Positions 11,412-24,107 of a DNA stretch of 64,000 bases are shown here, piece by piece. Position numbers and translations under genes: made by a program. The notes under the pieces are model-generated. The model did no database searches. It saw only the letters and a list, made by a program, of their open reading frames with translations, and was not told where the DNA came from. Origin of the DNA: Octopus vulgaris (lineage: Eukaryota); contig OX597817.1 of NCBI GenBank assembly GCA_951406725.2, forward strand, positions 80,724,001 through 80,788,000, given 5' to 3'. Within the stretch, counting starts at the first letter, position 1. Every line of letters begins with the position of its first letter.

Positions 11412-12504
11412 TTTTTATATTTCGGGGAGCATTTTCCAACATAGTAAGTTGGTTGTGTTGATATCGTGAATAATTTCTAGATAAACACTAATGTGTCAAA
11501 ATGCTAATGATATTTTAATTAAATAGTTCTTATCTTTTACACTTAATTAATGAACCAAAAAAAAAAGCTAGTAATTAAAACAAAGACGAGGAATAAGAAA
11601 GCAGTAAAAAAACATACCATTTTGTTTATTAACCATGCAAGTGTTTAGGAAATAGTTTCCATACTTCATCGTTAAGCAATAGGTTCCTGCCAATCGTTCT
11701 TTTGTCTTCGATAATTGAAAACAAAAGGACACAATAGACTTGATATTTTATTTGGTACCTAAGAAAATTTATTTATTTATTATTCTGTTACAACGAATGT
11801 CTTCTCAATATTTTTGTTGTATTTTACATGTGTTTCTGCTTCCAGGCGACGATAATGAATACCTGGTATTCTTGCTCTTACCCTCTCACTCTCTCTGTCT
11901 CTCTCTCACTCTATGTCTCTCTCCTCTCTTTCTCTCTCTCTCTCACCGGAGAATATAATTTCCCAACAATAGCAAAAACAAAATCAAAAATACACCCCCA
12001 AAATACAACAACAACAATAACAACATGACCAATAACCTAAACAACAGGAAGACATGACACTTCTCTTCAAATGTTACAATAATTGCTTCAATGAGAAACT
12101 AGTATTGCTCAAAGTTTCGGCGTATTGTGTCAATATTGTTCTGGCAGTTTTATTTTTTCTTCATTTTATGATGGAAGTAAAATAGTAAAATTTAGTAAAC
12201 GCTCATGAACTTCATTGGATGATAGGAAAATACAGTTACAGACAAATGAGGGCTTTTATTTATTAAATTATATTTGTTTATTTATTATATAGTATTGTTT
12301 CAGCCATTCCCCAAAAGAGAATTTCATATCATTTCGAGATCAATTTAAATAAATTAAAATACTTAAAAAATAATTTTATCAGATACTTATCTCAGTAAAT
12401 TATGTAATTTATATTAGTTGCTTATTATAAAAGATGGAAGGGATTATCACATTTAAATTAAAGAAGCATCTTACTTTTTGTAGTCATTACTAAGATTATA
12501 TAAG

Positions 12505-12700
12505 TTAGCGTTTCCTACAAAATGTTTAGCGGCGTTTCTTCCGGCTCTTGATGTTCTATGTTCAAATTCCGCCAAGGTTCCTTTGCTTTTCATCCTTTCA
12601 GAATCGATAGAATAAGAACTAGTAGAGCACTAGAGACGGTGTAATCGGTTTAATCCCTATACTCAACAATTGCAAGCCTTGTACGAACATTTAAACCATT
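12505..12700 (+). mobile_element. Degenerate SINE family B
   Basis: GTTCAAATTCCGCCAAGG..TTTGCTTTTCATCCTTTC..ATCGATAGAATAAG. Confidence 0.7.
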
Positions 12701-12836
12701 ATCAAGATTACGTAGCATGGCTTGTCGGATGAATAAGCATATACTCAATCACTAAAACTATTGTAAAAGAAGCAAAATCTTCTGCAAATTATACCCTACT
12801 GTCCAAAACAATAAAGGATACATTTGACCCTTAGCC

Positions 12837-12908
<72 letters not shown>

Positions 12909-12911
12909 GTA

Positions 12912-14095
12912 CACGAAATGCGTTCAAAATGTGTCCGAACTTTAGGCACTAAAAAAACATCAATTTTGTAAACTTCACAATCTTTATTTAATCTCCTTCA
13001 AAAATACTACCCTTGGGAATTCACACACATCTCCCAGCGGTTCTACCACTCTGTAACATCTCTCATATGTTGCTCCGCCGTTGCTTTTCTTATAATTTCC
13101 TCTCGTTACTCAAATCGCTTCCTTTCCAGCATGGTTTTCAGGTTGAGGAAGAGCCAGAATTCACACTGTGAAGTCTGGAGAGTAGAAAGCCTGCTGAACA
13201 AGTGGTGTGTTGTTCTTGACCATGAAACCTTGGATTATGTGATCTGAATTAGAGGGTGCAATGTCGTGTTTCGCCACTCACATGTCCGGTCGCTTTCGAT
13301 GCATAACATTAGGAAGGCGACGTATAGCCTCCAGGTAGTTTTCCTTATTCATTGTTTGGCCTAGTAGTGCGCATTCATGATATACAATACTGCGGGAGTC
13401 AAAGAAACTGGTCAATATAACCTTCACATTTCTACAAATATCTCGTGCTTTCGGTGGACTTGGTGATGACGGATGCTTCCATAAACCCATGTCTCATCAC
13501 CAGTGATAATGGTCTTCATGAAGTCTCGGTTGTGGATTGCACTGTCCAACATATCTTGAGCGATTTCTATGCAGAATTAGCCGACATTCTCCACGTGCAC
13601 AAACCCACTATTAAAACGGACTGCACTGATCCTGTACTTATTCCCACTTGGGTTGTTACATGACTGCCTCCCATGGCTATTCCTTGAATCTTATCAATCA
13701 GCTTCTCGTTTCGGCTTGTGGGTAGCTTGCCTGAGTATCTCTCGCTCTCCGCTGAAACGCGGTTGTACTACTCCTTGATCTGAGTTTTTCCCATGGCACT
13801 ATCGCCAAATGCCTGATTAATCTTCTTTCTAACTTTAGCCTGAGTATCACCTAGCTTTTGGCAAAACTTTAAGCAATACCTTTGCTCAATGCGTTCGCTC
13901 ATCTGGCGTCAAACGAAAATTGGACGAGAACGCAGAACACGTCTGTACTCTAGACGTAACAGCCGGAAACTGACGCGGCTTACTGGTGTGAAAGTTTTCA
14001 CGCTTGCGTAGGAAGGGTAGCGTCACCTCCCACTCAAATGATTTTGCCCAAGCGATATTATTTTTTGTTGGAAAACATGAAGTCGGATACTTTTT
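12912..14095 (-). mobile_element. Decayed near full-length mariner transposon (transposase pseudogene)
   Basis: Minus frames give EQRYCLKFCQKLG (N-terminal HTH), IITGDETWVYG (first catalytic D) and NVKVILTSFFDSRSIVYHE..GQTMNKENYLE..RKRP. Degenerate TIRs TTCAAAATGTGTCCGAACTT / AAGTCGGATACTTTT. Next to (TA)n. Confidence 0.9.
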
Positions 14096-14692
14096 ATATT
14101 AAAATATGTATATTAAAAGAAATACGTATTTCATATTAAAATACTTATATTAAAAGAAAACAAATATTTGTAGCTGAACTGCCTTTGATCAAGGGATAGA
14201 CTGGATCAAAGTGAAACAAAAACTGGATCAGAGGGACACAAAAATGGTCGCAATAATAACAACAATTATGCAGTATCAGATTCTTGTAGATCCTGGTGTC
14301 TAACTTCTGGATCAACCGTACTCATAATTTGATGCTTATATTGTCTTGATGATCCTCTCTGATAAGTTTGCTCTAGTGCAAGTACCTTAGTTACGTTACA
14401 CTGATTATAGTTTTTCCTATGAACCAACTCGTAACAATATTAAAAAATCTACTCTTAACTAACCTGAATTGGAATTAATCAATTCGATACTTTGTCCATA
14501 TTTGAATGATTCCGATTCCACATTCGCATTTTTGTTTTACACACAAATTTGTTTTTAAGCGTAACTTTGCTACTTTGAAATTCACCCCGATTTTCAAGCA
14601 TAGCTAATAATTTTCACAGATAAAATAAAGAGGTTTATCCTTTCCCTGGAATGTGCTTCATTTAATATAATTTTTTTATGCATTTTATTTAA

Positions 14693-15057
14693 TGTGTGGT
14701 AAGATGGTTGCTGCCCAACCACATGATCCCGGTTTCAGTCCCACTGGGTGGCACATTGGGCAACGTCTTTGGGCCGACGAAAGTCTTGTGAGTGGATTCG
14801 ATATACGCTAACTGAAAGAATCCCGTTTTATATGTGTGCGTGCCTGTGTTTATCTCCCTACCACAGCTTGACAACCGGTGCTGGCGTGTTTACGTCCCTG
14901 CAACCTAGCGGTTCGGCCAAACCTGTTCGATAGATTAAGTGCTAGGCTTGAAAAAGAAAGTAAGTCTTGGCGTCGATTTGTTTGACTAAAACCCTTCAAG
15001 GCGGTGCCCCTGCATGGCCGCAGTCGGATAACAGAGACTAGTAAAAGATAAAAGATA
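14693..15057 (+). mobile_element. SINE family A
   Basis: Family A head, body and AAAAGAT tail. Confidence 0.85.
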
Positions 15058-15739
15058 CTGGGAATTGGTTTGCACTTAAATAGTTTACACACTTCAATAT
15101 GAATCTATTAAGACGCTAACAAGGAACTACTTTTGTTATCTTCCCATAGACTTCAATTCTTCAGCATCTCATTCCGAACTAACTCCCAAGACAATAAACT
15201 AGATATGGAGTAATAAATTATGTGAAGAAATCTTATATATCTATTTTCTGCTACACTCTTTCACTCGCGATGATTGTGTATATCTTCCAAATAAAATCTA
15301 AGAAATACTATTAAATCTTTGAGAAGAATGGCTTACGTAACAGCTATTCCGTAAATTGCTTGATTAAAGCAGACCAACAAATTTTTTTCTCTCTATTGTC
15401 AAGGTATTTGGACCTCAATTAGGTTTTTTTTTCTGTTTCATTTTTCTCCCGAAAATGACATCCATTTATTTCCATCTCGTCAAAGTTTTCAGATATTGGA
15501 TCCATAGAATGCCATTGTTTTTCAATAAAACACCTTATGAGGAACAAGGCATAAGACACATATATATATATAGAAATTGGCTTTTATTCAAAACAGGAAT
15601 GTTTTCTTAAAATTCGACTAAAATACTAATAAAATGTTTTAAAATTTCTACAAACAAATCACATCATCGTTTATGACTAATTTCCTACGAATTTGCTTTT
15701 GGGTGATTTTCTTGAGCGCTGAAGCTCAGGAAAACACAA

Positions 15740-16105
15740 GCCAAGTTCCGGCTGTCGTCGGCCATCATTTGCAAGTCCCATCTGTTTCATACCTTTGTCC
15801 CGTTGATTTTACATCATGATAGAAACGTTCTCCCTGCTCATCACTTGTGTCACCAGGATTTCAGGGAATTTATCAAGGTGACTGTGCAGTTTTATGCTCA
15901 TATTTGCTCGCAACTTATGAAAGCTCTCCAACATGTTGACTAATTCGGCATAGTTGCCTGCTTTCTTGTCGCTCAAAAAGTCATTTACAATTATTACAAA
16001 TGAATTTCAACTTATTGTTTCAATGCAAAATTCTTATTTTCATCAATATTCCGATTTGAGGCCCATCAATTACTCCAGCTTTTATCTTTTCATTACTCAG
16101 ACCTC
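15740..16105 (-). pseudogene. Chapaev3-like (CMC superfamily) transposase C-terminal remnant
   Basis: Minus frames give LSNEKIKAGVIDGPQI, MSIKLHSHLDKFP..PGDTSDEQGERFYHDVK...QRY and MMAD, matching the KIKAG.F.GPQIR...HSHLD.FP.NLG..SDE.GERFHQD..RY..M.ADYCW motif. Multiple frameshifts and stops. Confidence 0.75.
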
Positions 16106-16502
16106 AAACATCTGGCTGGTTCCAAGTTTGCAGTGTGGCACGTTTAAGTTCAGGGGAGTGGATAAAAAAAACAACGGCATCACCTTCTTAGAATAAGCAG
16201 CATCTAAGAACACCACCACAGCCGGAGTCGTTCCTGCAAGCTTCGAACTCCCCAGGTGTCGAATAAATCAGCAACAACAACAACATCTTAGAACACCACC
16301 GCAGCCGGACCCGAGATGTTGGATTAAAAAATAAAACAAGCATCTTAGAATATTACATGTCTAGGCGATGTAGGGGAGATAACCCAGTACCGCATAGGGC
16401 AACCTAACTCGAACATTTTGTTTGTATATATACTTTTTGTTTACTAAGTAACCGTGGAGTTTTCAATCTCCACTTAAAGACGTTAAGTGCCGCCGGCCTT
16501 TT

Positions 16503-16562
16503 GTGTCTGAAGAGTCCTCTATACTGCTTAGCAATTTATAAGTGCGAAACCAATGGTCACTC
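16503..16562 (+). ncRNA. Type I hammerhead-like motif at the 3' end of element ~16145-16592
   Basis: GTGT-CTGAAGA-G...TATA/TATA..C-GAAA-CCA(A)TGG-TC-ACTC. GUC site, stems I and II partly decayed. The upstream part has internal direct repeats CATCT.AGAACACCACC.CAGCCGGA (~16201 and ~16284). Confidence 0.65.
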
Positions 16563-16721
16563 TCTCACTGGGCGTCACAACCCACTTTAATATGTGTGTA
16601 CGTGTGTGTGTGTATGTGTGTGTGTGTCTTTGTTTGTATGTATGTATGTATGTATGTATGCGTGCGTGTATGTATGTAAAATGTGTACTTACATATAAGA
16701 GAACAAAGTGTACGTACGCCG

Positions 16722-16760
<39 letters not shown>

Positions 16761-16762
<2 letters not shown>

Positions 16763-17233
16763 TTTATTATATTTTCAGAATGGTCATTTTGCCAGTTTAG
16801 CCAATAAAAACACACGCAATATATATTTGGTGTTATTTTGCTTCAGTGTTATTTATTTTTTATATTAATCTTAATCTTATTTCGGCCAGAGTTCTTTCGT
16901 CACACTCCTGTGACCGCATCAGTGGTCCTTTGTTTTTTTCTTTCTTATTTGTGTCTCTCCTTACTAACTGTCAGTTAGTAAGGAGAGACACAAAGAAGAA
17001 AGAAGAAAACAAAGGACCACTGATGCGGTCACAGGAGTGTGACGAAAGAACTCTGGCCGAAATAAGATTAAGATTAATGTAAAAAATAAATAACACTGAA
17101 GCAAAATAACACTAAATATATAGTGCGTGTGTTTTTATTGGTTAAACTGGCAAAATGACCATTCCGAAATATAACAATATCTGTTTCAACACACGACTTC
17201 ACATAAAAAATCTTGCACAACAAATATTTAAAC

Positions 17234-17238
<5 letters not shown>
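16761..17238. mobile_element. Fold-back pLTR-like insertion: ~210-bp inverted arms plus ~58-bp tail, between (TA)n tracts
   Basis: Palindrome centred on T16971 (TTACTAACTG-T-CAGTTAGTAA). Arms 16761-16970 and 16972-17180 have scattered mismatches. Tail 17181-17238. Confidence 0.9.
17015..17058 (+). ncRNA. Hammerhead-like motif (A9->C), mirrored at 16884-16927 on minus
   Basis: GACCA-CTGATGC-G-GTCAC(AGGAGT)GTGAC-GAAA-GAAC-TC-TGGCC. Confidence 0.6.
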
Positions 17239-17293
<55 letters not shown>

Positions 17294-18342
17294 AAATGGG
17301 ACAAGAACGCAAAACATCCGGACAACTAAATGATACAAAAAGCAAAAACAAAACATCCAGGTAGACGATAGAAAAAAAACAAGGATGGGTCATTCGAAGC
17401 TTTCTATATTCAGTCAAGAACCGGATCATCCTTGCAATTTTGATGTAACTATATATATATATATAAATTTCGAATGAATTTAATGCGTGCATTTCAGGCG
17501 TTTTCTAACAAGTTGTTACGCAAGAAACCTATTGCTTTCAGCTACTGAAGAGGATATATTTCTGCATAAAAAACATATTTAACCACTCGAAAAGTACATA
17601 ATAAATGCATACAAAACAGTAACTGGTTTTGTTATTATTCAAATATATGACTCATGCTTATCTAGCCTATCCGTACTTGAATAATAAGTAAAAATCATAA
17701 CTGATAGATGAAAATAACAATAATCTTCGACTAAAAGCCTTTTCCCTCACAGCATAGTTTGGGGGCCATTTTTAATATTCATTACGCTTAGATGTTTACA
17801 CAACTTTACTGGTTATATTGATAATGTCACTCATATAGTATTGCTCATCCAACAGTTGTCCATCAGTTATAATATAAATATAAAATATATATAACAACAA
17901 AACGAGAAAGACAATCAAGTATTAACAATATTAATGAGCTCATTATCTCATTAAAATAAATAACAACTTCATGACCCCATTATGAGAATGCTATTGTTCT
18001 AATATTTTATATGAAACAAGAGCAAGTGTAAAGAATCGTTATAAAATAGAAAAGAAAGAAAGGTTTTTTTAAAAAATCAGTAAATACCCGTCCCTTTTAT
18101 ATTATAGAAACGGCAGGGAAATCAACTTATCAGAATGTGTCACGAAGTGAGAGGAAACCAATGGGGATTTTCTGCAAGACACGACGTGCCTCCGAATGTT
18201 ACATATCGCGTGTGTAGATTCCTGCGTCGATAAAACGGTGCTGGTGGAGTCATGATTTGCCGTTGGCTTCATCTGACAATCATTAAACTCTACCCATTTC
18301 ATTTTACAATTAAAGAAAGAAAAAAATCAACAGAAAATTTCG

Positions 18343-18370
18343 ATGTTGATGACGACGATGATTACGATGC

Positions 18371-18425
<55 letters not shown>

Positions 18426-18792
18426 AATGATGATGATGATGGTGATGGTGATGATGATGATGATGATGATGATGATGACGACGATGACGATTACGATGAT
18501 GATGATGATGACGACGATGACGATTACGATGATGATGATGATGATGACGACGATGACGATTACGATGATGATGATGGTGATGGTGATGATGATGATGATC
18601 TCTCAAACAATAGTTTACATCATCATCATCGTTATCGTCACCGTTATCATCATCATTATCATCATCATCATCGTCATCATTATCATCATCATCATCATCA
18701 TCATCAACATCATCACCATGTTTATTATCATCGTCGTCAATACCGTTATAATCAACAGCAGCAGTGTCTGTTTCCTTGTCATCGTTGCTATC

Positions 18793-18833
<41 letters not shown>

Positions 18834-19040
18834 TAAGGTTGTCGTCGTCGTCATCGTCATCTTCTTTGTCATCACCATCATCACCATCATCACCATCATA
18901 AACATCATTATCCTCATCCTCATCATCATCACCATCATAAACATCATTATCCTCCTCCTCCTCATCATCATCATCATTATCATCATCATCATCATCATGA
19001 CATCGATGATGACGCAGACGACTATAACGATGATGATGAT
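18343..19040. repeat. Compound (GAT/GAC)n then (CAT/CGT)n trinucleotide array
   Basis: Direct read. Source of the spurious poly-D/H/M/I ORFs. Confidence 0.95.
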
Positions 19041-19773
19041 TTCTTATTTAAGCAACAACAATAACAGTAATTGTGAATAAACAGAAAACGTCTCGACATC
19101 GATTTGAAAGCCATAAATAATCTCGCAAATACACAAAACAGAATGTATAAGGGTGAATTAATTTATTTAGAACTGGAAGAAACATTCTTCAAGGGTCTTA
19201 TCAACTGACGTCACGACACTATTTAAAATTTCTTTAAACGAAATAAAAACAAATAAGTACGAAAATTCCATTAATAACTCTTCTTTCTTACAAAGGCATC
19301 AAGATGGCTGACATCCTTTGGGAAAGGTCAGCAGGTCAAAGCAGTTGGTTAGGATGCCTCATGGCTTTCTTACTGTTGTTGTTGCCCATGTTGTCGCTGT
19401 TCTTGTTATTCTTGTCGTTGTTGTTGTTGTTGTTGTTTTTGTTGTTGTTGTTGTTGCTGTTGTTGTTTTTGTTGTTGTTGTTTTTGTTGTTGTTGTTGTT
19501 GTTGTTGTTGCTGTTGTTTTTGTTGTTGTTTTTGTTGCAGATGACAATGATGATAATGATGATAATGATGACGATGATGCATATGCTGATGATGTCGATG
19601 ATGAATATGTTGATGATGACGATGACAAGGATAAGTATGAGCACGATGAGGATGGTTGTTAGGAGGAGGAGGACGACGACGACGACGAGGAGGGGGAGGA
19701 GGGTTAGTTTCAAGGCTTATAAACAAATTACTCCGTCCGTAATCATCATATTTCCTAAGGGTGTTTAAGACTA

Positions 19774-20003
19774 TTTCTTTACTACCCACAAGGGGCTAAA
19801 CACAGAGAGGACAAACAAGGACGGACAAACAGATTAAGTCGATTATATCGACCCCAGTGCGTAACTGGTACTTATTTAATCGACCCCGAAAGGATGAAAG
19901 GCAAAGTCGACCTCGGCAGAATTTGAACTCAGAATGTAGCGGCAGTCGAAATACCGCTAAGCATTTCGCCCGGCGTGCTAACGTTTCTGCCAGCTCGCCG
20001 CGT
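19774..20003 (-). mobile_element. SINE family B (tRNA-derived, Meta/MESC-like central domain), full length with 18-bp TSD
   Basis: Minus: A-box-like TGGCAGAAACG, B-box GAGTTCAAATTC, central GCCTTTCATCCTTTCGGGGTCGA..AATAAGTACC. TSD TAAGGGTGTTTAAGACTA at 19756-19773 and 20004-20021. Confidence 0.92.
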
Positions 20004-20846
20004 TAAGGGTGTTTAAGACTAAATTCTCAAAAACACGCTTTCATGTCTTTTGCCTTTTTTCATTTTATTTACATGCATGCATACATACATACATACATAC
20101 ATACATACATACATACATACATACATACATACATACATACATACATACATTCATACATACATACATACATATATACATACATGCATGCATGCATACATAC
20201 ATACATACATACATACATACATACATACGTACGTACATACATACATACATATATGATGTCTGTTCATGTTGTCAGAAGATAACAGTCGCACATTCATCCC
20301 GATTGTTTTGTTTACTGTAATCCTTGCTTGTGCGTGCACCGATATGACTTTTCCCCACGCTTCCATCACCACAGGACTTTAAAAAATACGAAAAACGGAT
20401 GAAGAAATGAAACGATAGTGAGACGTTTGTAGTCACTGGATTTAAGTGACGGAAGCTTCTACCACACTTTTACCACTCTCTCGGTCACCGTATTGGGTTC
20501 CAGTGAAAAGCATGGTAAGATGACTAGCACTATTTTTGCTTAAAGTTTTATATCAGAGTACCTTTCTGCTAGAAGAGCTGCCTTGCTCATAGCTTTGTCA
20601 AAAATAATGGGAGCCTCCTCTTCCCCTGAGAAATCTATTTGAGACTTCGGAAAAAGGACCCTGACAGGTACTACTGTGCAGAGTTAGGAGGAATCTGGGA
20701 ACAATGGTAATTAAGGGGTCACTCCACGCACCCCAAAACTCAAGGGCTGAAACCTCACCACCTGTATTAGTTTAAGGTCATACACAGGACATACATACAC
20801 ATAAACATTCGCGCGCACACACATACACCCACACACATATATTATC

Positions 20847-20885
<39 letters not shown>

Positions 20886-21089
20886 GGCCTGTTTCCAACC
20901 CAGATCAAAGCGACAAAGTCCGCCCGTCACACTTCTCGGTCCATGATCACAGCCTTGAGGTCCTAGACACATTCCAGGTGAGTGTCTGCTATCAAGTAGT
21001 CGATGTAAGCGTGACGACTTTTGCTCCTTCTTACATCACTATCAAGTGGGTTCCACAAGAGTATGCTTCCAGTTCAGGGTGGCGCACAG

Positions 21090-21104
21090 AAAGAAAGGAA
21101 GACA

Positions 21105-21149
<45 letters not shown>

Positions 21150-21157
21150 AAAAATGA

Positions 21158-21188
<31 letters not shown>

Positions 21189-21353
21189 GAAGGAAGGAAG
21201 GAAGGAAGGAAGGAAGGAAGGAAGGAAGGAAGGAAGGTAGGAAAGAAGAAAGAAAAGAAGAAAGAAAGAAAGAAAGGAAGGAAGGAAGGAAGAAAGGAAG
21301 GAAGGAAGGAAGGAAGGAAGGAAGGAAGGAAGGAAGGAAGGGAGGAAGGAAGG
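21090..21353. repeat. (GAAA)n/(GGAA)n polypurine array
   Basis: Direct read. Confidence 0.95.
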
Positions 21354-21475
21354 AAAACTGGGCATGTGTAAATCTTCCGACAATATACATTAATGAGTAA
21401 GATAGAAAGGAAACCAGGTAAACTTTACTCTCTGAACGAAATAGCTTACGATTTTTATTCTGTACCGAATGTATA

Positions 21476-21853
21476 GGCGCAGGGGTCGTTGTGTAGTAAA
21501 AACCATGCTTTCCAGCCACATGCTTCCGGGTTCAGTTCCAGTGCGTGGCACCTTCGGCAAGTGTCTTCTAGTATAGTCTCGAACTGACCAAAGCCTTGTG
21601 AGTAGATTCGGTAGTCGGAAACTGGAAGAAGCCAGTCGTATACGTGTGTATGTGTGTGTGTGTTTGTCCTCCCCCCATCATCGCTTGACAACCGATACTG
21701 ATGTGTTTATGTCCCCGTAACTTAGCGGTTCGGCAAAACACACCGTTAGAATAAGTGCTTGGCTTACAAATAATGAGGTCGAGGGTTGATTTGTTCGACT
21801 AACACCAGTATGGGCACAGTCTAAATGGCTGAAACTAGTAAAAGAATAAAAGA
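21476..21853 (+). mobile_element. SINE family A
   Basis: GGCGCAGG head, GGTTCAGTTCC, family body and tail. Confidence 0.85.
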
Positions 21854-21910
21854 AATAATGATTGACTTATCGGAAGCCTACAACTAACGACACAGTAATT
21901 TTCTATAATG

Positions 21911-22477
21911 TTTCTTTATTAACCACACACGGCTGAACACAGACCGGACAAATTACAAAGTAGAGCTTTTCTTTGGGGGGGGGGGAAGAAAAGAAATGGA
22001 GTAGGTTTTCGATCAAAAGGGATCGTAAAAAGGAAATAAAAAACGATCAATAGGGATCGTGTATTACAGAAATGTCATGATGTAAAGTGTAAAGGGGGAA
22101 AGAGATAAGGTTTATCCATGGAAAGAAAAGCCTTGGGAAAAGACCATGGTAACCTCGGGCAGTAATGTCACATGTTAATACATTTATTTGCAAGTAAGTA
22201 ACTCTCTGTTTTAAATTTTTCCGGGTTCATAGGGCCATGCTCAAGGTGGCTTCGTCATTCATACGTGCCATCCTTGCTACATTCACCCATCTTTTTTTTT
22301 TTTTGAAACATTCGCTAGACAAAACTTGCCTCTCTACTCTCACTTTCTTTTTCAAGTGATACTTGAAGAAGTTGATGAGAGATTGACCAGAGAGGAAAAT
22401 ATTTGTCTCTAATCCTTTCAGACGCGTCCATCAGATACATTCTTTCGCCATAGCCACAAGTATGATGATAATAGCTC
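21911..22477 (-). mobile_element. 5'-truncated L1/Tx1-clade LINE: ORF2 C-terminus plus 3' UTR
   Basis: Minus translation ILVAMAKECI*WTRLKGLETNIFLSGQSLINFFKYHLKKKVRVERQVLSSECF..RWVNVA carries the AK..IW..R motif of L1/Tx1 ORF2 ends. Possible TSD ATAATG at 21905-21910 and 22478-22483. Confidence 0.7.
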
Positions 22478-22998
22478 ATAATGACGTGAATGAGTACTGT
22501 AACAGATACACCGCGTTGAACTGATATTGCTTCGCTGAGAAGAAACAGATTAGCTGTTTAGGTGATCGAACCTTTCCATCGGCAAAAGAATTTAAAAGAA
22601 AGATGTGGACCAGATGAAATATATTTTCTGTATGATGGCTATTTACCAGAAGCCTCCAACATTCTGTTAGCATACGATGACCGGTATTTACACGATCATC
22701 ATGGAAGCTTCTTTTTTTAAAATTTTATTTATTTATTAAATATGTATTGACTATGTAACTAATAAACGGACCTATGTATATAGACGTTAACATTACGGCG
22801 TACAATGTTAGCTTTTTATATCTTATGTTTACTAGTTTTGCGTAGGTTTATTTACTTACTTATTTATTTATTTATTCAAATTACTATCTGACCGATATTG
22901 ATATATTTCGATACCACATCTGTTTTTAATGGCAATCCGACTGTTATTTATGTGTAGAACAGCTACAACATAATTCTTTAAACTACTACTACTACTAC

Positions 22999-23077
<79 letters not shown>

Positions 23078-23423
23078 TAGAAGGAGGAGAAGAAGAAGAA
23101 GAAGAAGAAGAAGAAGAAGAAGAAGAAGAAGAAGAAGAAGAAGAAGAAGAAGAAGAAGATGAAGAGTTATAGTAATATTAATAATAATGATAATAATAAT
23201 GATAAAAATAACGATTATTGTTATTATTTTCATTATTATGATTGTGATGATTCTGTTTTTGACATTTAATAATACATATGTGGATGTGCGTGTGTGTGTA
23301 TAAGTTTCTTATTTATATATATGTGTGTGTGTGTGTGTAAATATATATTTATACATATGTATGTATATACATATGTGAATATATATATATATATATGTAT
23401 ATATTACACACATATATATATAC

Positions 23424-23470
<47 letters not shown>

Positions 23471-23919
23471 TAATTTTTCTTATTTCTTTTATATTTTACT
23501 TGTTATGGCGACCGATATTTGATACAATATATTTCTTTTTAATGTTTATCCAATTGATAATTTGAGAAGGAAACATTCTGTTGAAGTGTTTGATTTATTA
23601 GTCAACTATACTTTTGAAATAAATATTTTTTTTTTAAAAAAAAAGAAGAGACAAGTCCCTCATAACTTATAGTATTAATATGATAGTTTGGCGGAGAAAT
23701 GATTACTGCTGTTAGTTTTCTTTAATAGAAAATGAATAACTTCTCAGTTTGAGTTGATTTCAGTTAATAGTAATAGCAATAAATTATATGTATATCATAC
23801 ATGCTTCATGTAAATATTTTTACAGATATTTTATACATTTTATTTCTTATTTTCTACTTTTATTTTTGTTATTCTTTTTATTTATCTTTTTTTTCTTTTT
23901 TCTTTTTTTTTTAGATTAA

Positions 23920-24107
23920 AATGTTGAAGTTCAGAAGCAATTCTTCTGCAGTGTATTTACTAAGGAAATCGTTGGAAACATACCAGAACTGCGGCAACGG
24001 AATATGAATATGATGCAGCTTTATATTCTTGTAGTGACCTGAAAATTAAAATAAGAGCCATCTTGAATAATCTCAGATATTTAAATGGTGCTAAGTCTCC
24101 AGGACTA
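23920..24107 (+). pseudogene. CR1/L2-type LINE ORF2 remnant, region just upstream of RT
   Basis: QKQFFCSVFTKEIVGNIPEL ... LRYLNGAKSPG matches the FF.SVFT.E...P ... L...KSPGPD motif. Confidence 0.7.

Noticed and set aside
17544-17580. Isolated CTGANGA matches here and at ~24182, 39819, 42074, 52689, 57042 and 62897
   Set aside because: No suitably placed stem II, GAAA and UH with stem I. Expected by chance.
23915-24010. Apparent strong splice acceptor and exon
   Set aside because: The downstream sequence is better explained as a CR1-type LINE remnant.
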